A DNA stretch of 64,000 nt from Eledone cirrhosa. Taxonomy: Eukaryota. A program made the position numbers and the translations under genes. The notes beneath the pieces are model-generated. The model made no database searches. It was not told the DNA's origin and was given only the letters and a program-made list of their open reading frames with translations. The stretch is from positions 179,614,001-179,678,000 of the forward strand of contig OZ024743.1 of assembly GCA_964016885.1 (NCBI GenBank), given 5' to 3'. The number at the start of each line of letters is the position of its first letter. The first letter of the stretch is position 1. Below are positions 43,208 through 56,289 of this stretch, in pieces.

Positions 43208-45658
43208 TTACAGCACCTCTCTCTCCATCCTGATTCTTCTTCCAAAGTGGTATTTGAACAAAAGAATCAGTTGTTGGCCGGAGAGAAAGGTGTCTGACCT
43301 CAGCCCTTTCAACCTAGTCCACCATAACACCTCTTTCGCTATAGCTATCACACAAAGGAAAACCGCCTCTCCTTCGTTTTTGAAGGAGGGTGGCGGTTTG
43401 ATCATGACAATGGACTCGGTGGTCAACCGGATTGGTCCCACCCGCGACAATAGTCGTTCTACATAGCCCCACAGGTCGGTAACGCCCGGGCAGTGTATGA
43501 ATGCGTGCGCGACGGTTTCCACGTCTCGCACGCACCTCGGACAGATCTATTTTGTAGGGTCCCTGCCCGGGCGCCCATGTCTGTAGAGCTTGTCTCGAAC
43601 TGGTAGAGCTCCTCGGTAGCACTGCCAGGCCAGGGACTTTTGGAAGTTGTCCATCGGTCACCGGCGGATGGTCCTACCGAACAGACTGGTCAGTTCGTCT
43701 TCCTCTACGCCTAGAGTTTCACCGAGCACGTCGTCGGACTTGCTGCGGATCAACCCTCTATAGAATGACGAAGTGGAGTCTCCACTGATCGCCGGGTCCG
43801 CCTGCCAGAGGGCTGTGAGCGCCTGAGCATTTTCGATGTGCCAGTCGCCTATTTTCCTCGGTCTTTGCTTGACCCAGGACTGCAGCTCGGTCAGCGAGAC
43901 GAGTCGTGGGAAGGCTCGCCTCACGAACGGGGCCCACACCGGTTGTCCGGTGAGGAATACGTAGAGATGCCGCAGCCTGAGCGCGTGTTTGCGCATCGTC
44001 AGCCACGACATCCCCAGCCCTCTGTTGGAAGGGCGTTGGCAGCAGATGGATCTTTTCACCAAAGGAGCCCGCCTCTTCCAAAGGAATTGGAAGAGCGCGC
44101 GCTCCATTTTGGCGAGCGTTTTGGCTGGACAAGGCATGACGGTCAAGCGATAGTAGATGGCGGACGCTATAAAAGTGTTCGCCACCTCCGCTCGACCTTT
44201 CAATGATAGTTTGCACTCGGCAGTAGACCGCTTCCAGGAGACTGGAGAATAAGTCCGGCATTGCTACGTAAAATTCGTATGGTAGACCGTCGAGACCTGG
44301 AGATTTGCGTTTGCCGCATTGGCTCAACGCGTCCCCTATCTCAGCGGCTGAAATCGGCTTTTCGCAGAACTTTGCCTCGCTGTCCAAGAATCGCGGTAAG
44401 CCGTCGAAGTATTTGTCTAAATCCATAGCCCCTCCCGGCGCGCCGCCCTGCCCGAACAGCCGAGCAAAGTGCCGCTGAAAGGCTGCACACATCTGCTTCG
44501 GCTCACGTATCACGCCTCCGTTTTGGTCCTTCAAAGACCGAATCGTGGACTTGTTGCCACTTTTTGCCTACGTCACTCGGGCCCAGCTAACAGCTTTGGC
44601 TCCCTCGTTTCCCAGAGCACGTATTTTGCTTCTGACAACGCAGCCCTCATGCTTTGCGTCGAAGAACTGGTCCAAGGCCGTTCTCGTTGCTAGCACGCTG
44701 GCTACGTTGCCCCTTTCTAATTGCCTCTTCTACTTTATCTACCAGTTCTTTCTCGGTTCTATTTCTATCTAACGCGAATTCTTTACTAAAAACTAACGAA
44801 TCTAATCTAACTGCCCTCTTGAGAGAGTACCACCATCTGTTGTTGACAATGGCCCCTGTCAAGTGCTGTTTAACTAAAGTGCTAATCCATCTACTGTAGG
44901 CTTTGCATGTCGGTAACGACAAGTTCAGCTTCCAGTAGCCGGGTCCTTGTCTATGGGTTCTATCAAGGTTGACCATGCAGGTCACTAGTTTGTGATCTGA
45001 ATAGGCAACCATGAACATTTGTGGACAGCTTAACATGTCCCTATCCTTATTTCTAACTAGAACCCTATCTAGGTACGATCTAGATGTTCTGCTGATTATT
45101 AGTCCACGTCCACAGTGGCACAGTCGGAAAATCTAGTCGATATCTATCGGCCAGGTCAAATCGGCCGATTAACTGTTTGAGGATGTTACACCCCCCTTTA
45201 TCAGGACATGCTCCCACATAGTCCCAACGTGCATCTAGGATTCCATTCCAGTCCCCCACTAAAAGCAAGGAGCCGTTCCCAGAAAAGTCTCTAGACTTTT
45301 GAAGAAGTCTGGCCGCGGTGTCCCGGATGGGGCATATGCGGCCACCAGCCTGAAGGCTCCACCTTCACTACCGTCAACGTCTAAGACCACCAGTCGACCC
45401 TCCGAGTCCAGATCTACCGTCTGTGTTACGAGGCCTAGGTGTTTCCGCAGCAAAACGGCAACCCCGCCCCCACCTCCCGGCTGACAGAGAGATGCGTAGA
45501 TCTCAAAGTCATCGAAGAATGGGGCCAGCTGTCGCCCGCTGTGGATCCTGGACTCGCAAATGGCTACTACATCCATACTGTGCGACCTGAGGTCGTTTAA
45601 GCGTTTGCCCTGTTCCCAGGCCGCGTACATTCACACACCCAACTCTTATATTGGCCAT
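43208..45658 (-). pseudogene. LINE ORF2 (APE endonuclease, RT with core deleted, zinc-binding C-terminus), frameshifted
   Basis: MANIRVGCVNVRGL, VAICES, LVAAYAP, GDWN, YSDHKLV, GPGYWKLN, KSPGLDGLPYEFY, KLSLKGRAEVAN, CPRC..ETVAHAFIHC. Confidence 0.9.
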
Positions 45659-45695
45659 GTTGGTTCTGAAAAGTTAAAAGAGGAGAAGAAAACAC

Positions 45696-47440
45696 TCACC
45701 TCTTCGTCTCCCGGGGATCAGGCCGCACGGTTTCCATGGGGGTGTTAGAGGAGTTGTCTGGGTGGGTGGTGGTTTCCGGCGGGGTGGGGACGGAGATGTT
45801 GGTGGGGAGGGGTGTCTGGGGTGAGGGTGGATTACTCACGTCCTTAGGAAAGTTTTCCTTTAAAGACTTATAGGTGTCCGTAGGGACCCTAATCATCTTT
45901 AAATTAGGTTTGTCTACACAGTTCGAAAAAGTTTTCCCTTCAGTTTTCACGGAAGGGTCGTTGGAGATGACGTCCATTAAAGTTTTGTTTTTACTGTTTA
46001 TGTATGTGTAATGTTCTTGTTGTGTTGCGGTGGTTTTTGTCTGTTGTTCTTGTGGGAACTTTCGTTTTGTTGTAGGTGTTTGTGTTTGGAGTGATGTCGT
46101 GGTTTTGTTTTCGGGACGGGGTGGGTGGGGGGGTTGTAATGTTTGTGTTGTTTGTGTTGGTGGTTGTATGTTTGTAGTGATGTTTGTTGTTTTTTTTGTT
46201 CTTGTGGTGTCTTTTCTTTCTTTTCGAACGGAGAGGCTCTCCCTCATCATCATTTGGTGATGATGTGGGGGCCTCGTCCGTTGTGGTGTCTGTGTTATTT
46301 GGAAGGGGTATGTTTTGGGGAGCTGTTGTGTTTGTGGGTGTTTTTGCAGTGGTTTTAGGTGGAGTGGGGTTGGGTGGGACTGTGCTTGCAGGTTGGTTTG
46401 TTGTTCTTGTTTTGGTTGTGTTTGCGTGTTGTTGTTGTTGTTGTGATGGTGGTGGTGGTGGTGGTGGTGGTTGTGTTGTTGTTTTGGGTGTTGGCAGTAG
46501 TGCCTCTTTTTTTTAGTTAACTGAGGACAGTAAGCCTTCAGGTGACCACTGTTTAAACAGTGGTAACATGAAGGCCATTTATGTGTGAAATTCCATCCAG
46601 TGGCACACGTTGGGGTATTTTAGCTATCCGTTCTGGTCTCATTTGGACCAGAACTTCCATGCTTGTACCATTGAATGTGCCTCTGGATGACTTTCCCACC
46701 GAAATGATGGTGTCTTCGTCGAAATCGATGAAGCCAGTTAGAATCCACCAGACGTTTACATTTGGTGCAATGTTCAACATTTTTATTTTTTGAGTTTTTT
46801 TCCCATACATGTGGGGAAAAAGGTGTAAAGGGGGACACAATCTGCGATACAGAATATTTTTGTGCTGTCAATTGGTCTTTCAACAACACCGAAATGCTTC
46901 TAAAAAGTTTCCCTTTTTGGATGAAGGCAATATCCTTCATGGAATTCTTCAGAACCAGTTCAATATCGTTTTGGGATAACTGAACTGTTTTTTTCGACAC
47001 ATTTGAAACCGTCCTAAACATTACTGTTTTTAGAACAGTTTCTCTGTGTAACTGTTGAGGACAAGTGATGCTGAAAGCACCACTCTCACCAAAAGTTACG
47101 TACTATTTTGTATCGCTTAACATTTCCCTAGCATTGGAAATGTCAAGGTATGTGAACAGTTCCGTCTTTTGGACGGTTTGAGCAAAAAAAATCTTTTCCT
47201 TGTTCGTGGAGTTGTTCGTGTTGCTGTTGTTGTTGGTGGTGTTGTTGTTATCATTGTTGCTGTTGTTGTTCTTGTTGTCATTATTGTTGTTGTTCTTGTT
47301 GTCATTATTGTTGTTGCTGTTGTTGTTCTGGTTGGTGTTGTTTATATTTTGCATGTTATTGGTGTTTGTGTTAGTGTTGATATTTCAATCAACGTCCGAC
47401 ATCGTGTTTTCAAAACTGACGACATTTTCGATGTCTTTCA
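45696..47440 (-). pseudogene. LINE ORF1, frameshifted; Asn/Thr-rich tracts and CCHC zinc knuckle
   Basis: CYHCLNSGHLKAYC (Cx2Cx4Hx4C) at 46527-46568 by manual translation. Stop at 45696-45698. Start uncertain. Confidence 0.7.
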
Positions 47441-48224
47441 ATGAGGTGGTGAGAGATAGGGTTGGGTAATGAAACTTTTCAGAGTGAGAAACAGACAGTG
47501 ATTTCATGTGAAATTCTTCAATGAGAAAGACAAATATATTTCCACCGTCCGGATAAACAAACAGAGACCTTTTAACATAGATGCTGCTATATATTATTTA
47601 GACCATCAATCAGTTGAAACTTTTAGTTAAATATAGTTGCATTTAACAATTTCTACTGATGTGGACTCTCTTTGATAATAAAATACAATACATTTCTACA
47701 GCTAGATACTGATTTTTTTGGCTGTCCAATTAGTATTGTCCCGCTTGTGTTTAAACTTAGACCTAAACCCAATTCACGTATTCTTTAGTTTATTTTCGGT
47801 AATTGTATATAAATAAAGACACTGGGGGAATACGATAACTAGGTGAGACAGTTGGTAAATCTGGTTCCATTCAGATAAGATTTTGCTCTTTTACTCTTTT
47901 ACTAGTTTGGAATACGAACATGCTGTAGCATCATCGTTAAGCATGTAGTCGACCATGTTCGTTCCAGGTCATACGCATATTATCGATGTATATCGGTGAG
48001 TTAGGCTTTTGACACACAGGAAGTAAAAGTGAATGCATTCATCTACAACTGTGTAAATACGAACACATACATATGATCAGAGAAGCACACATACGTGCCA
48101 GTTTGTATGTAAACGATAAACAGGAGGTTAACATGTATGTAAAAGGTAAACAGAAAATAAAAACACAATTGGTACAGTATATGGAAGGAATATTAGGTTA
48201 ACGCTTGAAATAGCAGAAAGAGGG

Positions 48225-49168
48225 TCTTAACGCTTCGGACGCTAGTCCTTCATCAGCAGAAAGAATGACAAATAAGATAGATTGAAGGGATTAACGGGGG
48301 TGGAATTGGAAATATATATATATATAGAGAGAGAATAAGGATAAGCGAAGTAGTTTCAGATGTTCAAGCCTTTTAATAATAATGCTGTGATATATATTTC
48401 AATGGCGACAATCCGGATTCTCACTTGAACATTTTTTTAATTTCTAATTGTTAATTTTTTTTATTTTTTTATTTTTTAATTTATAATTTCTGATATTTGA
48501 TTTAGGGTTTTCGATTTTAAATTTCAATTTTTATTTCCAACTCTCACTCATAACTTCCAATGTGAAACCATGATACCTAGAATAAAGTATATTTTCTCTT
48601 AGGGGTTGATGGTCAGTTGTACTGTCCATGCTTGGTGAAAGGTAGCATTGGGACCTGTAAATACTAACACTCTCCCATCCCCTCTGGATTTCGGCTGACT
48701 GTCACAGACGGGATGGGTAGCAGTAAACTATGGTACAGGCCTGAATGGGTCATTGTTTGGCTGAGAGGGGGAACTGACTAAGCGAATTTCGTTGAAATCT
48801 GCGGTAGCTAATAGTCAACTTCCTTCGGACATGCGCCTGCGCAGACCGGTGGGGGTGAATTGGTACTCACAGGGGAACGGATGAAGAATCCAAAAGCACA
48901 CACTTCGTCCATTCCCACGTCGATTCAATTTGGATTGCCTCGGAAACATAACCTTACTATGTAACAAGCTGTCTGACGATGTCGCGACACTGGCACACAG
49001 AACAGTGTGGCCACTGTCGCCATTGAAATATATATCACAGCATTATTATTAAAAGACTTCAACATCTGAAACTACTTCGCTTTTCCTTATTCGATATTTA
49101 CTCCGTCACTCCTATGTGGAATAAGTACGTTGAGTGCTTGAATTGAATTGCATCAATATTTACCCTAA

Positions 49169-49234
<66 letters not shown>

Positions 49235-49268
49235 CCACCCCCGTCAATCCCTTCAATCTATCTTATTT
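48225..49268. mobile_element. Nested fold-back pLTR-like modules in (TA)n
   Basis: IR 48334-48410 / 49015-49091 and IR 48270-48307 / 49231-49268. Decayed ultra-minimal HHR on the minus strand at 48225-48260 (CUGAUGA-A-GGAC(UAGC)GUCC-GAAG). Confidence 0.75.
48968..49041 (+). ncRNA. Canonical minimal type I hammerhead ribozyme with long helix II
   Basis: GCUGU-CUGACGA-UG..GCGACA.UGGC.ACAC..GUGU.GCCA.UGUCGC.CAUU-GAAA-U(AUAU)A-UC^-ACAGC. Confidence 0.82.
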
Positions 49269-49345
49269 CTCATACTGTGTGTGTGTGTGTACATATATAT
49301 ATATATATATGTACACACATTGTATATATATATATATATATATAT

Positions 49346-49439
<94 letters not shown>

Positions 49440-49659
49440 TAGTTTTCCATAAACACCTCTGCTAACCAGATATCGTAGAATTGTCCTACCCGTTTATAGG
49501 AAGAAAATCCAACACTAATAACTAAAAAGGTTTTAATTATAATTAATGGAAGGATTTCCAGTTGGATTTATCATACATGTAAATCAAAGAGCTGGCGTTT
49601 TCCCACATTTTGTCAGCTGAGTCTCCCTGAGAAATATCTTAAGAACTTCGGGTTCTTCC

Positions 49660-49902
49660 CCTTCTTGTTCCCCCACTTATTCCTGGGAGGGTCATTGGGG
49701 GCTGAGTCCTCAAACACTCTTTCCAGCGGGTCCTGTCACAAGCAACCATCCCCACATGATCCAGCTGGATCCGCAAGCATGACCAGCCAAGCTTATGGAT
49801 GTTATCAAACCATCTTACTCAGGGTCTACCCCTGGGTTTCTTGTCTGTTGGTTTGCCCGTAAAATCTGTCCAGCGATTCTTTCCTGAGACATTATAATCA
49901 CA
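49660..49902 (-). mobile_element. RTE/Expander-like 3' end fragment
   Basis: Reverse complement matches 32160-32300 and 55630-55860. Confidence 0.7.
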
Positions 49903-50014
49903 TGTTGTTGTTGTTGTTACAGCTCACACCAATGCAGGTTTAGCTGGCCTCTTCCAAGGTATATCTCTTTGGAGGTGTCTTGGGTGATTTAATGATAGGT
50001 ACCCCAGTCCTATC

Positions 50015-50162
50015 ATTTCATTTCTACAGCTGAGTAAACTGGAACAACGTGAAATAATGTGTCTTGCTCAAGGAAACAAAACATCACCCAGTCCGAGAAT
50101 TGAACTCACAAACTTTCGATTGCAAGACCAATGCTCTAACCACTAACCCATGCGCCTTCACA
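50015..50162 (-). mobile_element. tRNA-derived SINE family B (Meta-like TCCTTGAGCAAGACAC domain)
   Basis: Minus strand GTGAAGGCGCATGGGTTAGTGGTTAG..GAGTTCAATTC..TCCTTGAGCAAGACACATTATTTCACGTTG. Confidence 0.75.
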
Positions 50163-50328
50163 TTCTAATCACATACTATGGTATCTATGACATTTTCCGC
50201 CGTTCCATTGATCAAAGAACTAGAACACTCATCGTCAAACAGACGGATAACCATTTCATTATGTGATAGTTCAGAAACTAGAAGTTATAAAACGACGCGA
50301 AAGGTGAAATGTTATTATGAAGTTGAAT

Positions 50329-50545
50329 AGGGCGGTGGATTGGCAGTATCGGTAGAGGGTCGGACGCCATGCATTGGGGCATAGAGTTACGTCCCTTTAT
50401 GATCTGAGTTCAAATCACGCCGAGGTTAACTTTGCCTTTCATCCTTACGGGGTCGATAAAACAAAGTATCAGTCACGCACTGGGGTCGATTTAATCGACT
50501 TTCCCCTCCCCCAAAATTGCTGGCCATGTAAGAAATCATTATTAT
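50329..50545 (+). mobile_element. SINE family A (long form) with 17-bp TSD
   Basis: TTATTATGAAGTTGAAT at 50312-50328 and 50539-50555. Confidence 0.9.
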
Positions 50546-50711
50546 GAAGTTGAATGTAAAATGTCCTGGAATCATAAGGATATGACGTCAACTACAAAAT
50601 AGGAAGATCTATTGGAATATTTAAATTATAATTAGAAAAATTAATCTTGAAACACATAAATGTTATCTTTTAATGGGTATTATAAAGAAATCACCATCAC
50701 CATCCTCATAG

Positions 50712-50900
50712 TAATAATTGTTTCTACTTTTGGCACAAGGCCAGCAATTACCCAGTTAATTACTGGTACTTTATTTTATCGACCCCGTATGGATGAAAGG
50801 CAAAGTTAACCTCGGCGGGATTTGAACTCAGATCATAAAGGGACGTAACTATGCTGGAAAGCATGTCCGAGCCTCTACCGATACTGCCAATTCACCATCC
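50712..50900 (-). mobile_element. SINE family A
   Basis: Reverse-complement consensus. Confidence 0.85.
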
Positions 50901-51352
50901 TTATAGTAATAATAATAATATTTATTATAATTATCATTATTATTATCAATAGTAGTAGTAGTAGTAGTAGTAGTAGTACGAGGAATATTTTTTAAATGTA
51001 AAGCAAATCTTGGAAAATGAAAAATATTTCAATTGAACAACGCGACACAGTAGAGAGTTATACTTTAACGGATAAAACAATACCATTACTTCAAATGTAG
51101 TTAATAGTAGGAGGGCAGTAGTTTTACCAATATTGCTAATCACAGAGAGGTGATCAATATAGATCGAGCACCGGAAAAGAAACAAACGTTGGAGAATTAT
51201 GTCAAACGTGACAGAGCTTTCTTGCCTCAGAAATACACCAAGAAACCGGCAAGGTAAAACGTTGCGTTCTCTTTAAGACAAAGCGATGCAACGTACGGAA
51301 CTGTTGTGCCACATATATTCCGACACTAATGCTGTAGCATAAATGTAGGCAT

Positions 51353-51409
51353 ATAAACATCTTCTGATGAGGGTCCAATTAGATCCCCAAAACGATTAAA
51401 GATGTTTAT
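51353..51409 (+). ncRNA. Inactivated hammerhead motif (G12A) with an 11-bp helix I
   Basis: AUAAACAUCUU-CUGAUGA-GGGUC(CAAUUA)GAUCCCC-AAAA-CGAU-UA-AAGAUGUUUAU, about 40 nt before (TA)n. Confidence 0.6.
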
Positions 51410-51448
51410 CACTTTTACAGTTTCAGAGAAATGTGTATTTTCTGGCAT

Positions 51449-51507
<59 letters not shown>

Positions 51508-51894
51508 CAGTTGCATCATAAGGGAGAGCATTGAACTTTGACTCTTTCACACATTTATGTCTCATTTTCTTTGAGTGAGCGTCTTGGAGACACAAAAAAA
51601 AAAGAAAAAAACGACAGAAACACATTTTCGCATGATTTTCAACAATCACAAAATAACTATTCCAGAACTGTGTCTCATTGTTTGAGCAGAGGGTCAATCA
51701 ATTCATTCGACTGATGGTGCAACATAGAAATCCCATTTTCTATATGTGTGGTTGTAAGATCGTCCTGAGAGCTATGGGGCCGCCCAGATAAGCTTGGAAG
51801 GGAGACGAGGCAATATGGTATTTAGCAGCGCAGATAACAATGAAAGCATTCCCCAAAGCCTTCACACCTAAAACTAGACTCTCAGGAGTCTGCC

Positions 51895-52050
51895 AATATC
51901 TAAGTCTACATTAACCACACGTCTAAAAATACCTAGGTCTACATTAACCACAAATCTATCCATATCTACTTCTACATTACCCACAAGTCTAAAAATACCT
52001 CTATATTACCCTCAAGTATATCAATACCTACCTCTACACTACCCACAGGT
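51895..52050. repeat. ~33-bp degenerate tandem repeat
   Basis: TCTACATTAACCACA..TCTAAAAATACCTA units. Confidence 0.75.
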
Positions 52051-52710
52051 GGATAGTGGCAGGGGAAGCAGCACTATCACCACCACCATCAACAGTAGCA
52101 ACAGATTTCACTTCTGGGTGTGTCTCTAGAGATTATTGACGCCTCACCAAAAACAGCCAAAACAGAAGCAAATGAAATCGTCTAATTCTCAGAGGGATCA
52201 AAATGTGCATAGGTGATCCAAGCACACAACCGATTGGTGTTTCCAAGTAGTAGTTCCAGCCCGTAGTGTTGTGGTAATGGGAAGACGGGAACGGAAGTAA
52301 GGTGAAATACCTTCAGGAACATTAAAAGAGGAAACGCGTATAAAAATAGAATGAACCTATATTAATGACATGTAGAAAGGTAGAAGTCACTCCCATCACT
52401 CTGTCGTGCTTTAATGTCACAATATTTCAAAGGGGTATTATCAATTTGGAGACGAAATGTTAGCGAGAACAAAAAAATCACGGTGTTGTTTAAAGAAAAC
52501 GGGAGTAATCTTAGGAGTCCTTAAAATAGGGAACCGTATTGAAACCTTGAAGTTATCGACAGAAAAATCACCACAAGTCGGAAGATGTGAGACATTCATG
52601 GTTCAGATAAAAGCTTAGGTGATCAGAAGATCGTAGAGAGGACTCGGCTTACATAAATTTATTAGAGTTGGCGTAATCTGAATCATATGATACCCTTTTT
52701 CTAGTAGTAA

Positions 52711-52779
<69 letters not shown>

Positions 52780-53565
52780 AATTGGATGTGGTGATAGTGG
52801 TGGAGGTGGTGGTGGTGATGTTTTCCATTCAGCTATGTTTGAAAATCGGTGAATCATGACTGATATTTATGGCATTAAAAGCATGATGAAAAATGGCTGT
52901 TCAGCATCATGCATACTTGCGCCTGGGTGAAAGGAATGATGCAAGTTATTTTCTTCCTCCATTAATTTAGGAATCAGCTCAAAAGATACAGAAGAAAAGA
53001 ATTACTCACATTTCACTGTAACATGGCTGAACATGTATCGCAGCCATTGTAGCCACAGAGTTCCTTATTGTTCTCGTTCTTACCAAACGTGTTTTCCAAA
53101 ATATTATCGAAGCATAATAAAAAGGGACAAAATAATAATGAAAGATATATCATATATATAAAGTCCAGCATATTATTTTTTTTATTCTTTTATCGGTTTC
53201 AGTTAGTGGAGTGGGGCCATGCTGGAGTCATGAGTTGAAAGGTATTATTCAATTGTATTTATTTCGTCTTATTCTTATTTTATCAATATCAAAAGGTAGT
53301 GACAGGCTTAGACAAAGAGGAGAATGAATTGTCAGGAAAAATTTTCCTTCGACAGTCAAAGGTGTACCATTCTTTATTGATGTACGTACAACCACATAGG
53401 CACACACACACTCTCTCTCTCTCTATCTCTCTCACATATACACACACACACATACACACACACACACATACGCACACGCACGCACACACACACACACATA
53501 CACACACACACACACATACACACATTCACACACGTAGATACATACTTTCGAATATACCTATATAT

Positions 53566-53702
53566 ATTGTTTCTGACGAAGAAGATGAGATGAGGAAATG
53601 GATCTATATTATCGAGATTAACAATATGAGGTCATATAACTACTATCGATTAGTGATTATATCTATTTATCAATCAACCTTCTGATACGGTCATAATACA
53701 AT
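53566..53702 (+). ncRNA. Decayed hammerhead motif with a ~100-nt helix II insert
   Basis: AUUGUUU-CUGACGA-AGAAG..CUUCU-GAUA-C(GGUC)A-UA-AUACAAU. GAAA and the helix III pair are mutated. Confidence 0.45.
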
Positions 53703-53856
53703 GAACTGTTTCGGAAATCTGCTGTTTTCAGGCCTAGAAAAGAGATTAAGTCCGCCAAGTTTGAAAATGCCCAAGAAACGGTGTATATCAATTCGGCGCC
53801 CCTACGACACCCTCAGGGGACATGGGACCATGCATACATACATTAGCGTTACGATG

Positions 53857-54160
53857 TGAAGTCATGGGGCATAGTTGTTAATGTGTTCGGCTCACTATGG
53901 TAAGGTCGTCATTTCGATTCCCGGCGTTGTGTTCTTGAGCAAGACACATATTTCCCTTTACTCCTGTCTACTTATCAGATCAAAATGAGGTGTACTTGTA
54001 ATTAAAAAGGGTCAGTCGTTTCAGACTCTGAGTCACGTTGAAAACTACGTTAAGAGTTCGCGTATCTGTACAATGTTCTGTCACTTCTGTGTTTATTTCA
54101 AGAACATATTGTTCTGTTAATTAAATCAGCTGGAATTCTTTTCGGCGGAACCAACATAGG
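53857..54160 (+). mobile_element. SINE family B-type, diverged
   Basis: GTGAAGTCATGGGGCATAGTTGTTA head and TTCTTGAGCAAGACACATATTTC domain. Confidence 0.65.
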
Positions 54161-54432
54161 TCCAACTCACAACACAATGTTTTAGACCAAACTTTCAATA
54201 CACTACTAAAGTCAGATGAGTGTCAGAGGCCACTGTACTAGCCTTGTACTGGGGTCTGTTCTTCCTCTATATCTCCTTCCCACTTCTATTCTCTAACTTT
54301 CTCTTCCCTTCTCTAGAAGTAATCTGCTGTGTTCAGACTTGGAAAAGAGATGGGTTCCGCCAGGCTTAGAATTTTCCCTAGAAACGATGTATGTCAGTGC
54401 AGCGCTCCTTAGACATCTTCAGAAGTTACGTG

Positions 54433-54538
54433 ACCATACCATTCCATACCACACTATACCACACCATACCACACCTAACCACACGATACCACACCTAACG
54501 ACACCATACCACACCATACCACAGCATACCACATCCTA
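54433..54538. repeat. (ACCAT/ACCAC)n pentamer microsatellite
   Basis: Seen directly. Confidence 0.85.
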
Positions 54539-54808
54539 CGATAAGATGCCATTTTGTTTGGTTATAACACCAGTTAAACTATTAATGCTCTTGTTGTAGA
54601 AAGGTTAATAATAATGATGATGATGATGACAAATTAGGGATTATGAGGGTAATTATAAGGATTATGAATCTCTTCATGAGGTTATAGCTGTAAATATGTC
54701 GAATACGTCTCAGTAATTAAGTAATTAATTTAACGAGCATATTGCTGTAATTCCGTTGACGTATATCTCATATATCATATATATATATGTATAGTATATG
54801 TTTATATA

Positions 54809-54860
<52 letters not shown>

Positions 54861-54864
54861 GGTG

Positions 54865-54914
<50 letters not shown>

Positions 54915-55209
54915 ATATGTATATATATACATATATATTGATGAATATATAGAACTATGTATATATGTATATATATACATATATATTGATGAATATATAG
55001 AACTATAAACATGTTGACTAGGAAATCTATTACAGATGCATTTATGAGAATATCTCTATAATTATGCTGATGACAACATAGCTGTAATTAGCTTTATATT
55101 AACGAGATAACATCAAATAATTATTTAACTCCAGTATATGTCGTAATATTTCAGCTTATGAAGGATACTTTCTTTCGAACATCTAGCATATAACTGCATA
55201 TAATAATAT

Positions 55210-55403
55210 AATAATTGTTTCTACTTTTGGCACAAGGCCAGCAATTATGCCAGTGCATTACTGGTACTTTATTTTATCGACCCCATAAGGATGAAAGGCA
55301 AAGTTAACCTCGGCGGGATTTGAACTCAGACCATAAAGGGCCATAACTCTATACTACAAAGCATGGCATCCGACCCTCTACCGACACTGCCAACCCACCG
55401 CCC
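55210..55403 (-). mobile_element. SINE family A
   Basis: Reverse-complement consensus. Confidence 0.88.
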
Positions 55404-55627
55404 TTATATAATAATATAATAATGTGTTTGGATAAAACACACAAACACATATATTTACATTTTGCATAATAAATTTGTTTTCTGAAACATAAATTAGCTT
55501 ATTGCTATAACTTCTATCATATTTAACAGATTAGATGCTTGGTATAAATCCTGACTTAGATTTAACCCTAGACCAGGAACTCTAATGTCTATAATACCTC
55601 CCATTAGGCCACCGAAACACTATGAGC

Positions 55628-55885
55628 ATCTGGTTAGAATGTCTCAGGAAAGAATCGCTGGCCAGAATTTACGAGCAAAACGAACCGGCAGGAGACCCAG
55701 GGGTAGACCCCGAGCAAGATGATTGGATAACATTCATGAGCTTGGCTGGTCTTGCTAGGGGATCAAGCCGGACCAGTTTGAGATGATTGCTTATGACAGG
55801 ACCTGCTGGGAGGTGTGTTTGAGGATTCTGCTCCCGCGACCCTCTCAGGAATAAATGGCCGAAGAAAGGAAAAAAAGAAGAAAGA
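55628..55885 (+). mobile_element. RTE/Expander-like 3' end fragment
   Basis: Similar to 32115-32310, with a short GAA-rich tail. Confidence 0.7.
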
Positions 55886-56289
55886 TATATATAGTTATCT
55901 CCCAGAAAAATGTTCAATAAGGTTTTAGTTGATTTAAAGAGAAAGCAAGTTTTAAACAGTTCCTCGCTCTTGAAACTTGCAATCAAAATTCATTCAATTT
56001 CTTTCATATCACAATTTTGTCTTGAATTAATGGCACACCTTTAACACAGTCGCTTGGTCAGATTCAAATCGCAGTCAAATCTTCTCAAACCACTCTCTGT
56101 CCTCTTGAGTCTACAAAGCAACCTCGATCTCGTAGACAAAGCAGTCAAATCACGTCCTACTGCCTAAATATAATTGGAAATATTACTGAGGGATATGTTA
56201 TATCTGGAAAAGAAAATTAAAAGTGGGTGGACACAGATATATCTTGTTTGATCATAGATGTGTTGGAATACTGAGAAGCTGGAAAATTA

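Noticed and set aside
55060-55160. CTGATGA near (TA)n as another hammerhead
   Set aside because: Could not place GAAA or helices I and III convincingly.
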